DNA of 64,000 nt, from assembly GCF_009914755.1 (NCBI RefSeq), contig NC_060945.1, one strand, 5' to 3'. Below are positions 39,801 to 54,800 of this stretch, one piece after another (position 1 is the first letter of the stretch; each line of letters opens with the position of its first letter). Source of the DNA: the human T2T-CHM13v2.0 reference genome, Homo sapiens. A model generated the notes under the pieces. That model was given only the letters and a program-made list of their open reading frames with translations. It was not told the origin of the DNA and made no database searches. The position numbers were made by a program, and so were the translations under genes.

Positions 39801-42800
39801 TCCCTTGCATTCCACTCCACTCCATTCCATTCCTCTCCTCTCCACTTTATTCCATTCAAATTCATTCCGTTTCACTCCACTCCCCTTCACTCCACTCCTC
39901 TCCACTCCACTCCACTATAATCCATTCCATTGCATTCCATTCCATTCTTTTCCACTCCACTGCACTCCATTCAACTCCACTCCATTCTACTCAACCCCAT
40001 TTCGTTCCTTTCCACTCCATTCGATTCCAATCCAGTCAATTCTACTCCTCTCTAATCAATTCCTTTACACTCGACTCCACTTCAATCCACTCCACTCATC
40101 TCCATTCCAGTCTATTTCAATCCACTCCTTTCCATTCCACTCCACTCCATTTCTTTCCACTGCATTCCATTCCATTCCATTCCATTCCATTCCATTCCAT
40201 TCCATTCCACTACATTCTATTCCACTCTAATCCACACCACTCCTGGCCACTTCACTCCATTCCATTCCATTCAATTAAATTTCATTCCATTACCCTACAT
40301 TTCATTCCATTCCATTCCAATACTCTCCGTTCCGTTCCACTCTACTCCACTCCATACCACTCCACTCCACTCCATTCCATTCCATTTCATTCCAATCCAT
40401 TGCATTCCACTCCACTCCAATTCATTCCATTCCACTGCATTCCACTCTGTTCTACTCCATTCCATTCCATTCCATTCCCTTCCACTCCAATCCACTCCTT
40501 TCCATTCCATTCCACTCCACTGCACTCCATTCCATTCCATTCCAGTCCATTCCTTTCCTTTCCATTCCATTCGATTCTATTGCAGTCCACTCCACTCCAT
40601 TGCATTCCACTCCACTCCATTCCATTACTCTCCACTCCATTTCATTCCATTCCACTCAACTCCATTCCACTACACTCCATTTCACTCCACTCCTCTCCAA
40701 TCCACTCCACTCCAGTCCATTCCATTGCACTCCGTTCCATTCCAATCCCCTCCACTGCACTCCATTCTCCTCCACTCCATTCCTCTCCAATCCATTCAAC
40801 TCCACTCCACTCCTTTGCATTCCAATGCATGCCATTCCAATCCATACCACTCCATCCCAGTCCATTCCACTCCACTCCATTCCATTCAACTCCACTGCAT
40901 TCCATTCCACTCCAATAATTTCCATTCCACTCCACTCAACTCCTTTCCATTGCATTCCACTCCACTCTACTCCACTTCTCTCCATTCCCTTCCATTAATT
41001 TCCTTTCCATTCTGATCCACTCCACTCCATTCCACTCCACTCCATTCCATTCCATTCCACTCCAGTAAAATCCGCTCCACTCTATTCCATTTCTTTACAC
41101 TCCACTTCACTTCACTCCACTCCTTTCCACTCCATTCCATTCTATTGCACTCTACTCCTTTCCATTCCACTCCACTCCGTTGCATTCTACTCCACTCCAT
41201 TCCTTTCCAATCCATTCCATTCCACTCCATTCCATTCCACTACAATGAACACCACTCCATTCCAGTTCTCTCCATTCCATTCAATTCAATTAAATTCCAT
41301 TCCATTAACCTCCATTCTATTCCATTCCTTTCCAATACTCTCCATTCCATTCCACTCTACTCTGCTCCATACCACTCCACTTTACTCCATTTCATTCCAT
41401 TTCGTTCCAATCCATTCCATTCCACTCCATTCCAATTCTTTTTCCTCCACCCCATTCCACACTATTCTACTCCATTCCATTCCATTCCATTCCATTCCAT
41501 TCCACTCCACTCCACTCCTTTCCATTCCATTCCATTCTACACCACTCCATTCCTTTCCTCTCCATTCCAATGTATTCCATGCCATTCCCTTCCATTCTTC
41601 TCCACTCCATTCCATTCGTATTCATGCCATTCCATTCCATTCCACTCCATTCCATTCCACTCCATTCCACTGCATTCCACTCCATCCCATTCCACGCCAC
41701 TACACTTCACCCCACTCCACTCCATTCCATTCCATTCCACTCCACTCCAATCCTCTCCATTCTATTCCATTCCATTTTATTCCATTCCACACCAGTCAAT
41801 TCCTTCCACTCCTTTCTAATCTATTTCATGCCACTCCATTCCTTTCTATTCCATTCCATTCCATTTCTATCCACTCCATTCCTTTCTACTCCATTCCAAT
41901 ATATTCCATGCTACTCCATTCCATTCTTCTCCACTCCATTCCATTCGTATCCATGTCATTCCTTTCCATTCCACTCCATTCCATTCCACTCCATTCCACT
42001 GCATTCCACTCCATCCCATTCCACGCCACTACATTTCACTCCACTCCACTGCATTCCACTCCATCCCATTCCACGCCACTACACTTCACTCCACTCCACT
42101 CCATTCCATCCCAGTCCACTCCACTGCAATCCTCTTCAATCTATTCCATTCCATTTTATTCCATTCCACACCACTCGATTCCTTCCACTCCATTCCAGTC
42201 TATTCCATGCAACTCCATTCCATTCTATTCCATTCCATTCCATTCCTATCCACTTCATTCCTTTCCATTCCATTCCACTCCATTCCATTCCATTCTATTC
42301 CACTCCATTCCATTCCATGCCACTACACTTCACTCCACTCCGCTCCACTCTATTCCATTCCATTTCACTCCACTCCACTCCTCTCGACTCCATTTCATTC
42401 CATTACATTCGTATACTTTTCACTTCACTCCATTCCATTCCACTCCATTCCTGTCTACTTCACTCCATTCCACTCCACTCCAAATCATTCCACCACACTC
42501 CACTCAATTCCAATCCATTCCACTCAACTCCATTCTATTCCACTCCACTCCACTCAATTCTGCTCCACTCCACTCCGCTCCTCCACACTCCATTCCACTT
42601 CTCTCCACTTCACTTCACTGCACTCCACTGCACTCTATTCCATTTCACTCCATTCTTTTCCATTTCATTATATTCCATTCCTTTAAACACCATTCCATTC
42701 CACTCAATTCCATTCCATTCCACTCCATTCAATTCCACTCCATTCAATTCCACTCAAGTCTATTCCATTCCATTCCAATTCATTCCACTCCACTGTGTTC

Positions 42801-45800
42801 CAGTCCACTGGACACCACTCCACTTCACTCCATCCATTCCATTCCATTCCATTCAACTCCATTCCACTCCACCCCATTCCATTCCATTCCACTCCACTCC
42901 ACTCCATTCCAATACAATCCATTCCACTCCATTCCACTACATTCCATTCCACTCAATTCCATTCCATTCCACTCCATTCCACTCCATTCCATTCCATTCC
43001 AATCCACTCCAATCCTCTCCACAACATTCCATTCCATTCCTTTCCATTCCATTAAATTCCATTCCATTCCATTTCACTCAATTCCATTCCATTCCACTCC
43101 ACTCCAATCTATTCCATTCCATTCCATTCCATTCCACTCCACTCCACTCCATTCCACGCCATTCCATTCCATTCCTCTCCATTCCTTTCAACTCCACTCC
43201 ATTCCACTTCACTCTACTCCACTCAATTCCACTCCATTCCACTCCACTCTATTCCTCTCCACTACACTCCATTCCACTCCACTCCATTCCATTCCACTCC
43301 ACTCCATTCAATCCCACTCCACTCCATTCCATTCAAATCCACTCGAATCAATTCCAATCCATTCCACTCCACACCATTCCATTCCCCTCCAATCCATTCC
43401 ACTCCACACCACTGAATTCCACTACACTCCACTGAATTCCACTCCACTACCCTCCACTTCATTCCACTACACTTCTCTCCATTCCCCTCCACTCCATTAA
43501 ATTCCATTCCATTCCTTTCCACTTCACTCAATTCCAATCCACTACATTCCAGTCCAGTCCACTCCATTCCATACCACTCCACTCCATTCCATTCCACTCT
43601 GCTGCATTCCATTCCACTCCATTCCACTCTATTCATCTCCACTCCATTACATTCCATTCCACTCCCTTCCATTCCTCTCCACTCCACTCCACTCATTTTC
43701 ATTCCTCTCCACTCCATTCCATTCATCTCCACTACAATCAATTCCACTTTATTCCACTACAATTAATTCAATTCCTCTCATTTCCACTCCACTCTATTGC
43801 ATTCCACTCCACTACTTTCCATTCATCTCCACTTCATTCCATTCCATTCCACTCACTTCCATTCCTCTCCACTCCACTCCACTCCACTCCACTCAATTTC
43901 ATTCCACTCCACTCCATTGCATTCATCTCCACTTCACTCAATTCCACTTTATTCCACTACAATTCATTCAATTCCTCTCATTTCCACTCCACTCTACTGC
44001 ATTCCACTCCACTGCTTTCCATTCTTCTCCACTCCATTCCATTCCTTTCCACTCCATAAAATTACATTCCACTCCTTTCCATTCGTCTCCATTCCATTCC
44101 ACTCTATTCCATTCCGCACCACTCCCCTCTTTTGCACTCCATACCGCTCCATTCCATTCCACTCCACTCCAATCCTTTCCAGTCCACTCCATTCCATGCC
44201 ATTCCACTCGACTCCATTTTATTCTACTCCCATACATTCAGTTACACTCTTTTCCACTCCATTCCATTCCCCTCCATTCCATTCCATTCCATTCTACTCT
44301 ACTCCACTCCATTCCAGTCCACTCCATTGCGCTTCACTTCATTCCAATCCATTCCACTCCACTCCATTCCATTGCACTCCACTCCACTCCATTCCAGTCT
44401 ATTCCACTCCATTCTATTCCATTTCATATCATTCTGTTCCTCTATACTTCATACCTCTCCACTCCATTCCACTCCACTCCACTCCATTCCATTCCATACC
44501 ACTCCACTCCACTCCACTCTACTCCATTCCACTCCTCTCCACTCTTTTTCATTCCACACCACTCCATTCCACTCCACTGCATTCCACTCCACTGCATTCC
44601 ACTTCACTACACTCTGTTCCAGTTCACTACATTTCATTCTTCTCCATGCACTCCATTCCATTCCATTGAATTCCTTTCCATTCCACACCACTCCTTTGCA
44701 CCCCATTCCACTCCACTCCATTCCACTCCACTCTACTCCACTCCACTCTAATCCACTCCACTCCATTCCATTCCATTCCTTTCAATTCTATTACATTACA
44801 CTTCACTCCATTCCACTCCACTGCGCTTCATTGCACTCCACTCCATTCCATTCCAATCCACTCGATTCCACTCTGCTCCATTTCTTTCCATTCCATTCTA
44901 CTCTATTCCATTCATCTCCACTACATTCCATTCCACTTCACTCCATTCCACTCCATTTCATTCTACTCTACTCCACTCCACTGAATTCCGTTCCATTCCA
45001 TTCCACTCCATTACATTACATTTCACTACATTCCACTCCATTCCAATGCTTTCCACTCCATTACATTCTATTTCACCCCATTCCATTCCACTCCACTCGG
45101 CTCCCCTCCACTTCATTCCACACCACTCCACTCTTTTCCACGCCACTACACTACACTTCATTGCATTCCACACCACTCAACTCCACTATAACCCATTCCA
45201 CTCCACTCCTCTCTGTTGCATTCCACTCCACTACATTCCACTCCACTCCACTCCATCCACTCCATTCATTCCTCTCCACTCCATTCCATTCCATTCCATG
45301 CCACTCCATGCCATTCCATTCCACTACACTAATTTCCTCTCCATTCCACTCCACTTCACTCTACTCCACTCCACTACATTTCATTCCTTGCCTTTACATT
45401 CCATTCCAATCCATTCTGCTCCACTCCATTGCATTCCACTGCACTCCGTTCCACTCCACTCCATTATATTCCACTCCCCTCCATTCTACTCCACTCCATT
45501 CCATTCCAATCCATTCAAATGCATTTTTTCCACTCCACTCCGTTCCAATCCAATGCACTCTCTTCCACTCCTTTTCACTCCATTCCATTCCACTCTAGTC
45601 TACTCCACCCCTCTCCACTCCAATTTCATTCCATTCCATTCCATTCCACTCGATTCCACTCCATTCCTTTCCATTCCATTCCATTCCATTCCATTCCATT
45701 CCATTCCGTTCCATTCCATTGCATTCCACTGCACTCCATTCCATTCCACTCCACTCCAATCCATTCCATTAAATTCCAATCCATTCCATTCCATTCCACT

Positions 45801-48800
45801 CCACTCCATTCCATTCCACTCCTTTCCACTCCACTCCACACAATTCCACTCCACTCCATTCCACTTAATTCCATTCCATTCCACTCCATTCGATTCCAGT
45901 CCAAGCCATTCAATTCCTCTCCACTCCATTACACTGCACTCCCATTCGTTCATTTCCACTTCATTCCAATCCACTCCATTCCATTCCTCTCCATTCACCT
46001 CGACTCTCCTCCATTCCACTCCATTCCATTCCATTCCATTACCCTCCATTCCACTCCACTGCAGTCAATTCCACTCCATTCCTCTCCACTCCATTTCATT
46101 CCACTCCACTCCATTCAATTCTGCTCCCCTCCACACTGCTCCACTATGCTCCATTCGACTCCAATCCACTCCACTGCCCTCCATGTTTCAACACTCCATT
46201 CCATACCACTCCATTCCACTCCTTTCCACTGCATTCCATTCCATTCCAGTCCATTCAGTTCTACTTCACTCCATTCCTTTCCACTGCACTCCAATCCATT
46301 CCATTCCGTTCCATTCCATTCCATTCCATTTCATTCCATTCCTTTCCATTCTATTAAATTTCAGTGCACTCCACTGCATTCCATTCCACTCCATTTCAAT
46401 CCACTCCACTCCATTCCTCGTCAACCCTCTCCATTCCACTTCACATCATTCTATTCCACACGTTTCCACTCCACTCCACTCAATTCCATTCCACTCCACT
46501 CAATTCCACTTCACTCCATTCTGTTCATCTCCATTCCACTCCACTCCATTCCATTTCAATCCACTCCACTCCGCTCCAGTACACTCAATCCCACTACATT
46601 CCCCTCCACTCCACTCTACTCCACCCTCTTCATTCCATTCCACTCTACTCTATTCCATTCTACTGCATTTCATTCCATTCCACTCTATTCCAATCCACTC
46701 CACTCCGCTCAATCCCACTACATTCCACTCCAATCCATTCTATCCCAGTCCACTCCATTCCATTCCATTCCATTCCATTCCATTCCATTCCATTCCATTC
46801 CATTCCACTCTACTCCATTCAATTCCACTCCACTCCACTACATCCCATTCCACTCCACTCCATTTGATTCAGGTCCACTCGACTAAATCCTAATCAATTA
46901 CACTTCACAACATTCCATTCCACTCCAATCCATTCTACTCCATTCCACTCAATTTCACTGCACTCCACTGAATTCCACTCCATTCCACTTCACTCCACTG
47001 AATTCCACTCCATTCCACTTCACTTCAATCCACTCCACTCCACTCCATTCCATTCCTCTCCATTAAATTCCATTCTAAGCCATTCCATTCCATTTCACTT
47101 CACTGTATTCCCATCCACTCCATTCCACTCCAGTCTACTTCATTCCACTCCACTCCCTTCCATACCACTCCACTCCATTCCATTCCACTCCATTAAATTC
47201 CATTCCATTCCATTTAAGTTCACTCTATTCCAATCCACTCCATTCCACTGCAGTCCACTTCATTCCAACTCACTCCCTTCCATACCACTGCACTCCATTC
47301 CATTCCACTGTCCTGCACTCCATTCCACTCCATTCAACTCTATTCCACTCCATTCCATTACAATCCATTCCATTCCTCTCCACTCCACAACACTCCGTAT
47401 CATTCCACTCCACAACACTTCGTACCATTCCTCTCCACTCCATTCCATTCCACTCCACTTCCCTCAATTCCACTATATTCCTCTAAACTTCATTCAATTC
47501 CTCTCAATTCCCCTGCACTCCAGTCCATTCCACTCCACACCATTCGATTCCTCTGCAATCCATTCCATTCCATTCCACTCCAATCCATTACACTCCATTA
47601 AAATCCATTCCACTCCATTCCATTCCACACGAATCCTCTCCCTACCACTCCATACAACTCCATTCCAGTCCATTCCACTCCATTCCTATACACTCCACTC
47701 CATTCCACTCCATTCCTTTCCACTAAATTCCATTTCATTTCACTCAACTCCATTTATTCCACTCCACTGCATTCCATTACACTCTATTCCACTCCATTAC
47801 ATTCCTATACATTCCACTCCATTCCATACCATTCCACTCCACACCACTCCTTTCCACTCCACTCCATTCCTACTCACTTCATTCCATTCCATTCCATTTC
47901 ACCCCACACCAATCCATTCCACTCCACCCTTCCATTCCATTACATTCCACTGAAATACATTCCATGCCACTCCACTGCACTCCAATCCACTCCATTCCAC
48001 TCCGTTCCCTTCCATTTCACCCAATTCTATTCTTCTCCACTCCATTCCACTCCACTCCACTCAAATCCACTCCACTCCACTCTATTCCAATCCTCACCAC
48101 TCCGCTCCACTCCATTCCATTCAACTCCACTCCACCCCATTCCATTTCACTCCACTCCATTCCACTCCATTTTTCTCCACTCCATGCCACTTCACTCCAT
48201 TCCATTCCATTCCATGCCACTCCATTCCATTCCATTCCACTCCATTCCATTCCACGCCACTCTTTTCCACTCCATTCCACTCTACTCCACTCCATTCTAA
48301 TCCACTCCCCTCCATTCCTTTTCATTCCGTCCCTTTCCATTCCATTCAATTCCATTCCATTCTACTCCACTCCATTCCACTCCACACCACTCTGATCTAC
48401 TCCAGTCCGTTCCGTTCCACTCCACTCCATCCCACTTCACTCCATTCCATACAATTCCATTGCACTCCATTCCATTCCAATTCACTACATTCCATTCCAC
48501 TGCTCTCCATTGCATTCCATTCCATTCTACAATACTCCAGTCCACTCCACTCCACTCCATTCCATTCCATTTCACTTCACTGTATTCCAATCCCCTCCAT
48601 TCCACTCCATTCCGCTTCATTCCACTCCACTCCCTTCCATACCACACCACTCCATTCCATTCTACTCCATTAACTTCCATTCCATTCCATTCCATTTCAC
48701 TTCACTCTATTCCAATCCACTCCATTCCACTACAGTCCACTTCATTCCACTCCACTCCCTTCCATAACTCTCCACTCCATTCCATTCCAATGTCCTTCAC

Positions 48801-51800
48801 TCCATTCCATGCCTTTCCACTCCATTCAACTCTATTCCACTTCATTCCATTCCATTCCACTCCACTCCTCTCCACTCCATTCCATTCCATTCCATTCCAT
48901 TCCATTCAATGCCATTCCTTTCCATTCCATTTCATTCCATTCCATTCCATGACATTCCATTCCATTCCACTCCACTCCTTCCATTCCATTCCATTCCACT
49001 CCATTCCATTCCCCTATACCCCACACCATTCCACTCCACTCCACTCACCTCCACTCCACTCCATTCCATTCCACTCCCTTCCATTCGATTCCAATAAATT
49101 CCATTCCACTCCACTCCATTCCATTCCATTCCACTGCATTCCTTTCAATTCCTCTCCACTACATTCCATTCCACTCCACTCTATTTTATTCCACTCCACT
49201 ACATTCCCTTCAACTCCTTTCCATTCCATTCCATTCCACCCCACTCCATTCCATTCCACTCCATTCCATTCCATTCCACTCCATTCCACTCCACTCAACT
49301 CCATTATATTTTAATCCACTCCACTCCAATTCATTACATTCCCTTCCATTCCATTCTATTCCTTTCTATTCCATTGCATTCCATGCCTCTCCATTCCATC
49401 CCATTCCATTCCACTCCACTCCATTCCATTCCATTCCACTCCACTCCTTTCTATTCCACTCCAAACCATTCCATTCCACTCCATGATATTCCACTCCAAT
49501 CCACTCCCTTCCAGTCCACTCCACTCCTCTCATTTCTAATCAATTCCCCTCCATTCAACTCCTCTCCATTCCAGTCCACTCCATTCCAACCGTTCCCATT
49601 CCATTCCACTCCACTTCATTCCATTCCACTCCTTTCCACTCCACTACACTCCATTCCATTCCACTCCACTCCACTCCACTCCCCTCCATTCCATTTCACT
49701 CCAATACCTTCTATTCCTCACTACTACACTCCACTCCTTTCCATTCCGGTCCACTCCATTCCATCCCGTTCCATTCCACTCCACTGCATTCTATTCCGCT
49801 CCACTCCACTCACCTCCATTCCATTCAATGCCACTCCATTCCAGTCAAGCCCACTCGACTCTATTCCACTCCACTCCATTCCATTCCAGTCCAATCCATT
49901 CCACTGCACTCCACTCCACTCAGTTCCACTCCACTCCACTGAAATCAACTCCATTCCACTCCACTCCATTACACTACACTACACTCCATTCCTCTATACT
50001 CTATTAAATTCAATTCCCATGCATTCTATTCCATTCCATTTCACTCAACTCCAATCGACTCCATTTTACTACAGTCCACTCCATTTTACTCCACTCCAAT
50101 CCATTCCACTCCACTCCATTCTATTCCCCTCTCCAGCACTCTATTCCACTGCATTACACTCCATTCCACACCATTCCAATGATTCCATTCCATTCCACTC
50201 CATTCCATTCCTCTCCACTGCACTCCACTCCATTCCATTCCGTTCCACTGCATTCCACTCCATTCTATTCTATTCCACTAAACTGCATTCCACTCCTCTC
50301 CATTCCACTCCACTCCATTGCATTCCCTTGAATTCCACTCCACTACCTTCCATTCCACTCCCTTCTATTCCATTCCACTCTACTCCATTTTATTCCACTC
50401 CACTACATTCCCTTCAACTCCATTCCATTCCACTCCACTCCATTTCATTTCATTCCATTCCATTCATTTCCATTACACTCCGTTCCATTTCATTTCATTC
50501 CACTTGTCTCCACTCCATTTGACTCCATTCAATTCCATTCCATTCCATTCCACCACCCTCCATTTTATTCCACTGCACTACATTGACTTCAACTCCATTC
50601 CATTCCATTCCATTCCACTCCACTCCACTCCACACCACAACACTCTACTCCACTCTACTCCATTCCATTCTACTCCACTGCATTCTATTCCACCCCACTT
50701 CATTCAATTCCACTCCATTCCACTCAACTCTACTCTACTCCATTCCTTTCCACTCCACTCCACTCTACTCCAATCCACTCCATTTCATTTCACTCCACTC
50801 AATTCCATTCCACTCCACTCCATTCCTTTCCACTCCACTTCATTTCTTTACTATCCACTTCGTTCCATTCCAATCCACTGCACTCCACTCAACTCCATTC
50901 TAATCCACTCCATTCCTTTTCATTCCACTCCATTCCATTCCATTCCACTCCATACCATTCCACTGAACTCCACTGTATTCCACTCCATTCCACTCCACTC
51001 CATTCCATTCGACACCCATCCTCTCCATTTGACTCCATTCCTCTCCATTCCATTCCACTCCATTCCGCGACCCTCCACCCCTTTCTTTCCACTCCACTCC
51101 ATTGCAATCCATTTCACTCCATTCCATTCCACTCCACTCCATACCACTCCAATCAACTCCACTCCACTCTACTCCATTCCTTTCCATTCCACTCCATTCA
51201 ACTCCATTCCATTCCACTCTATTTTATTCCTGTCCACTGCATTCCCTTCAACTCCATTACTTCCATTCCACTCTATTCCACTCCAAACCACTCCACTTCA
51301 TTCCATTCCACTCCATTGCATTCCATTCCTCTCCACTCCATTTTATTCCACTCCGCTACATTCCCTTCAAATCCATTCCGTTCCACTCCATTCCATTCCA
51401 CTCCACTCCATTCCATTCCAATGATCTCCTTTCCACTCTATTCCATTCCACTCCTCTCCATTCCATTCCATTCCACTCTACTCCACTCCACTCTATTGCT
51501 CTCCACTCTAATCCACTCCACTCAATGGCATTCTAATCAATTCCACTCCACTCCTTTCCATTCCATTCCATTCCCTCCACTCCACACCATACCACTACAC
51601 TCCACTCCATTCCACTCGACTCCATTGTGTTCCACTCAACTCCCTTCGATTCCATTATATTCCATTCCACTCTTCTCCATTCCACTCTATTCCACTGAAT
51701 TCCATTTCATTCCACTGCATTCCACTCCACTCCACTCCACTCCAGTCCTCTCCACTCCATTCCATTCCACTCTGTTCCATTCCATTCCAATCCACTCCAT

Positions 51801-54800
51801 ATTTTTCTACTCCACTTCATTCCATTGTACTCCGTTCCACTCCATTCCATTCCCCTTCATTCCGTTCTATTCCATTCCTTTCCATTCCATTCCACTGCAC
51901 TTCACTCCATGCCACTCCACTCCATTCCATCCTTCTTAATTCAATTCCATTCCTTTCACTTCCATTTCACTGCAATCCACTCCATTCCACTCCACTCCAT
52001 TCCACCAGACTTAATTCCATTCCATTCCACTTCATTCCATTCCATTTCACAGCTCTGCATTCCACTCCACTCCATTCCATTCCACCCCACTTCTCTGCAA
52101 TCACCGCTACTCTTCTCCATTCCATTCCATTCCACCCCATTCCATTCCACTCCACTCCATTCCACTCCACTCCATTCCACTCCATTCCACTCCACTCCAC
52201 TCCACTGCATTCTATTCCACGCCACTCCACTCCACTGCACTCTATTCCACTCCCCACCACTCCATTCCATTCCACTCCACTCCTCTCCACTACACACAAC
52301 TGCATTCCAATCCACTCCATTCCACTCCTCGCCTTTCCACTCCACTCCATTCCATTTCTTTCCACTCCATTCCACTCCACCCCATTCCATTCCATTCCAC
52401 TCCATTCCACTCCACTCCATTCCATTCCACTTCATTCCATTCCTCTCCATTCCTTTCCACTCTATTCAACTCTATTCCATTCCACTCCTCTCCACACCAA
52501 TCCACTTCACTCCACGCCACTCCATTCCATTCATTGTTTTTCCATTCCATTCCATTCCACTCAATTACATTCAATTCCACTTCATTCCACTCCACTTCAC
52601 TCCAGTCCACTCCTCCCCACTCCATTCCATTCCACCCCACTCCACTCCATTCCACTCCACTCCCTTCCACTCTACTCCACTCGATTCCAATCCACTGCAT
52701 TCCAATCCTAATCCATTCCACTCCACTCTATTCCACTCCAATCCACTCGAATCCACTCCACTCCATTCCACTCCATTCCCTTCAACTCCATTCCCTTCCA
52801 CTGAACTCCATTCCAATCCTTTAAATTCTGTTACATTCCATTCCCTGCCATTCCAATCCATTCCATTGCATTCTACTGTACTCCACTCTACTCCATTCCA
52901 TTCCATTCCACTCCACTCCATTTTATGCCACTCCTTTACATTCCCTTCAATTCCATTACATTCCTTTCCACTCCATTCTTCTCCACTGTACTCCACTCTA
53001 CTGCATTGCATTCCATACCACTCCATTCCACTACATTCCATTCCATTCCATTCCATTCCAATCCATTCCTCTCCATTCCATTCCACTCCATTCCACTCCA
53101 CTTCATTCCATTCCATTCCCTTCCGCTCCACTACATTCCGCTGCACTCCATTTAATTTTGTGCTCTCCTTTCCTCTTCACTCCATTCCATTCCACTCCAC
53201 TCCTCTGCAATCACCGCCACTCCACTGCACTCCATTCCATTCCATTTAACACCACTCCATTCCACTCCACTCCATTTCACTCCACTCCATTCCACTCCAC
53301 TCCTCTCCACTCCATTCCTTTCCACACCACTCCATTTCATTGCACTCCATTCCATTCCAGTCCACGCCAATCTTTTCCACTCCATTCTTTTCCATTCCAT
53401 TTCACTCCATTCCATTCCACTACACACCACTCCATTCCATTCCAGTCCAATACACACCACTCCATTTTTATCCTCTCCAATCCCCTCCACTCCTTTCCAC
53501 TCCCCTCTGCTCGATTCTACTCCACTAAATTCTACTCCACTCCTTTCCATTCTGAACAATTCCATTCTATTCCACTGCAATCCACTCCACACCACTCCAT
53601 TCCATTCCACTCCATTCCACTCCAATACACACTCCATTTCTATCCTCTCCAATCCACTCCACTCCTTTCCACTCCCCTCCCCTCGATTCCACTCCACTAA
53701 ATTCCACTCCTTTCCATTCCATTCCAATCAATTCCATTCCATTCCACTGCAATCCACTCCACTCCACTCCAATACACTCTTCTCCACTGCATTCCACTCC
53801 ACTTCATTCCACTCCCCTCCGCTTGATTCCACTCCACTAAATTCGACTCCACTCCATTCCATTCCATTCCACTCAACTCCACTCTACTCCGCTCCACTGC
53901 ACTCTATTCCATTCCTTTCTTTGCTATTCCATTCCATTCCATTCCAATCAATTCCATTCCCTTCTACTGCAATCCACTCCACTCCACTCCAGTACACCCC
54001 TCTCCATTGCATTCCATTCCACTCCATTCCATTCTATTCCACTCCATTCCACTCCATTTTATTCTACTCGAATGCATTCCTATCAACTCCATTCCAATCC
54101 ACTCCATTCCACTCCACCCCATTCCACTCCACTACCCTCGGTTCCACTCCGCTTAATTCCACTCCACTCCATTCCATTCCATTCCATTCCATTCCATTCC
54201 ATTCCATTCCACTCCTTTCCATTCCACTCCACTCATTTCCACTCCATTCCACTCCACTCCACTACATTCTACTCCACTCCTCTCCATTCCACTCCATTCC
54301 TTGCTATTCCATTCTATTCTGTTCCACTCAATTCCATTCCATTCCCCTGCCTTCCACTCCACTCCAGTCCAATCCTCTCCACTCCATTAAATTCCCCTCC
54401 ATTCCATTCCATTCCACTCCATTCGACTCCACTCCACTCTGTTCCACTCCACTTCATTCCATTCCACTCCACTCCATTCCATTCCATTAAATTCCACTCC
54501 ACTACTCTCCATTTCATTCCACTCCACACACTTCCACTACACTCCACTTCACGCTATTCCATTGCACTCCACTCCGTTCCACTCCACTGCATTCTATTCC
54601 ACTCTACTGCCTTCCACTGCATCCATTCCATTCCATTTCATACCATTACACCCCACTCCACTCCACTCCACTCCGTTCCATTCCACACCACTCCACTCCA
54701 CTCCACTGAACACCACTTTATTCCACTACACACAACTCCATTCCATTCCACTCCATTATACTCCACTACACACCATTCCATTTAAATTCACTCCTTTCTA

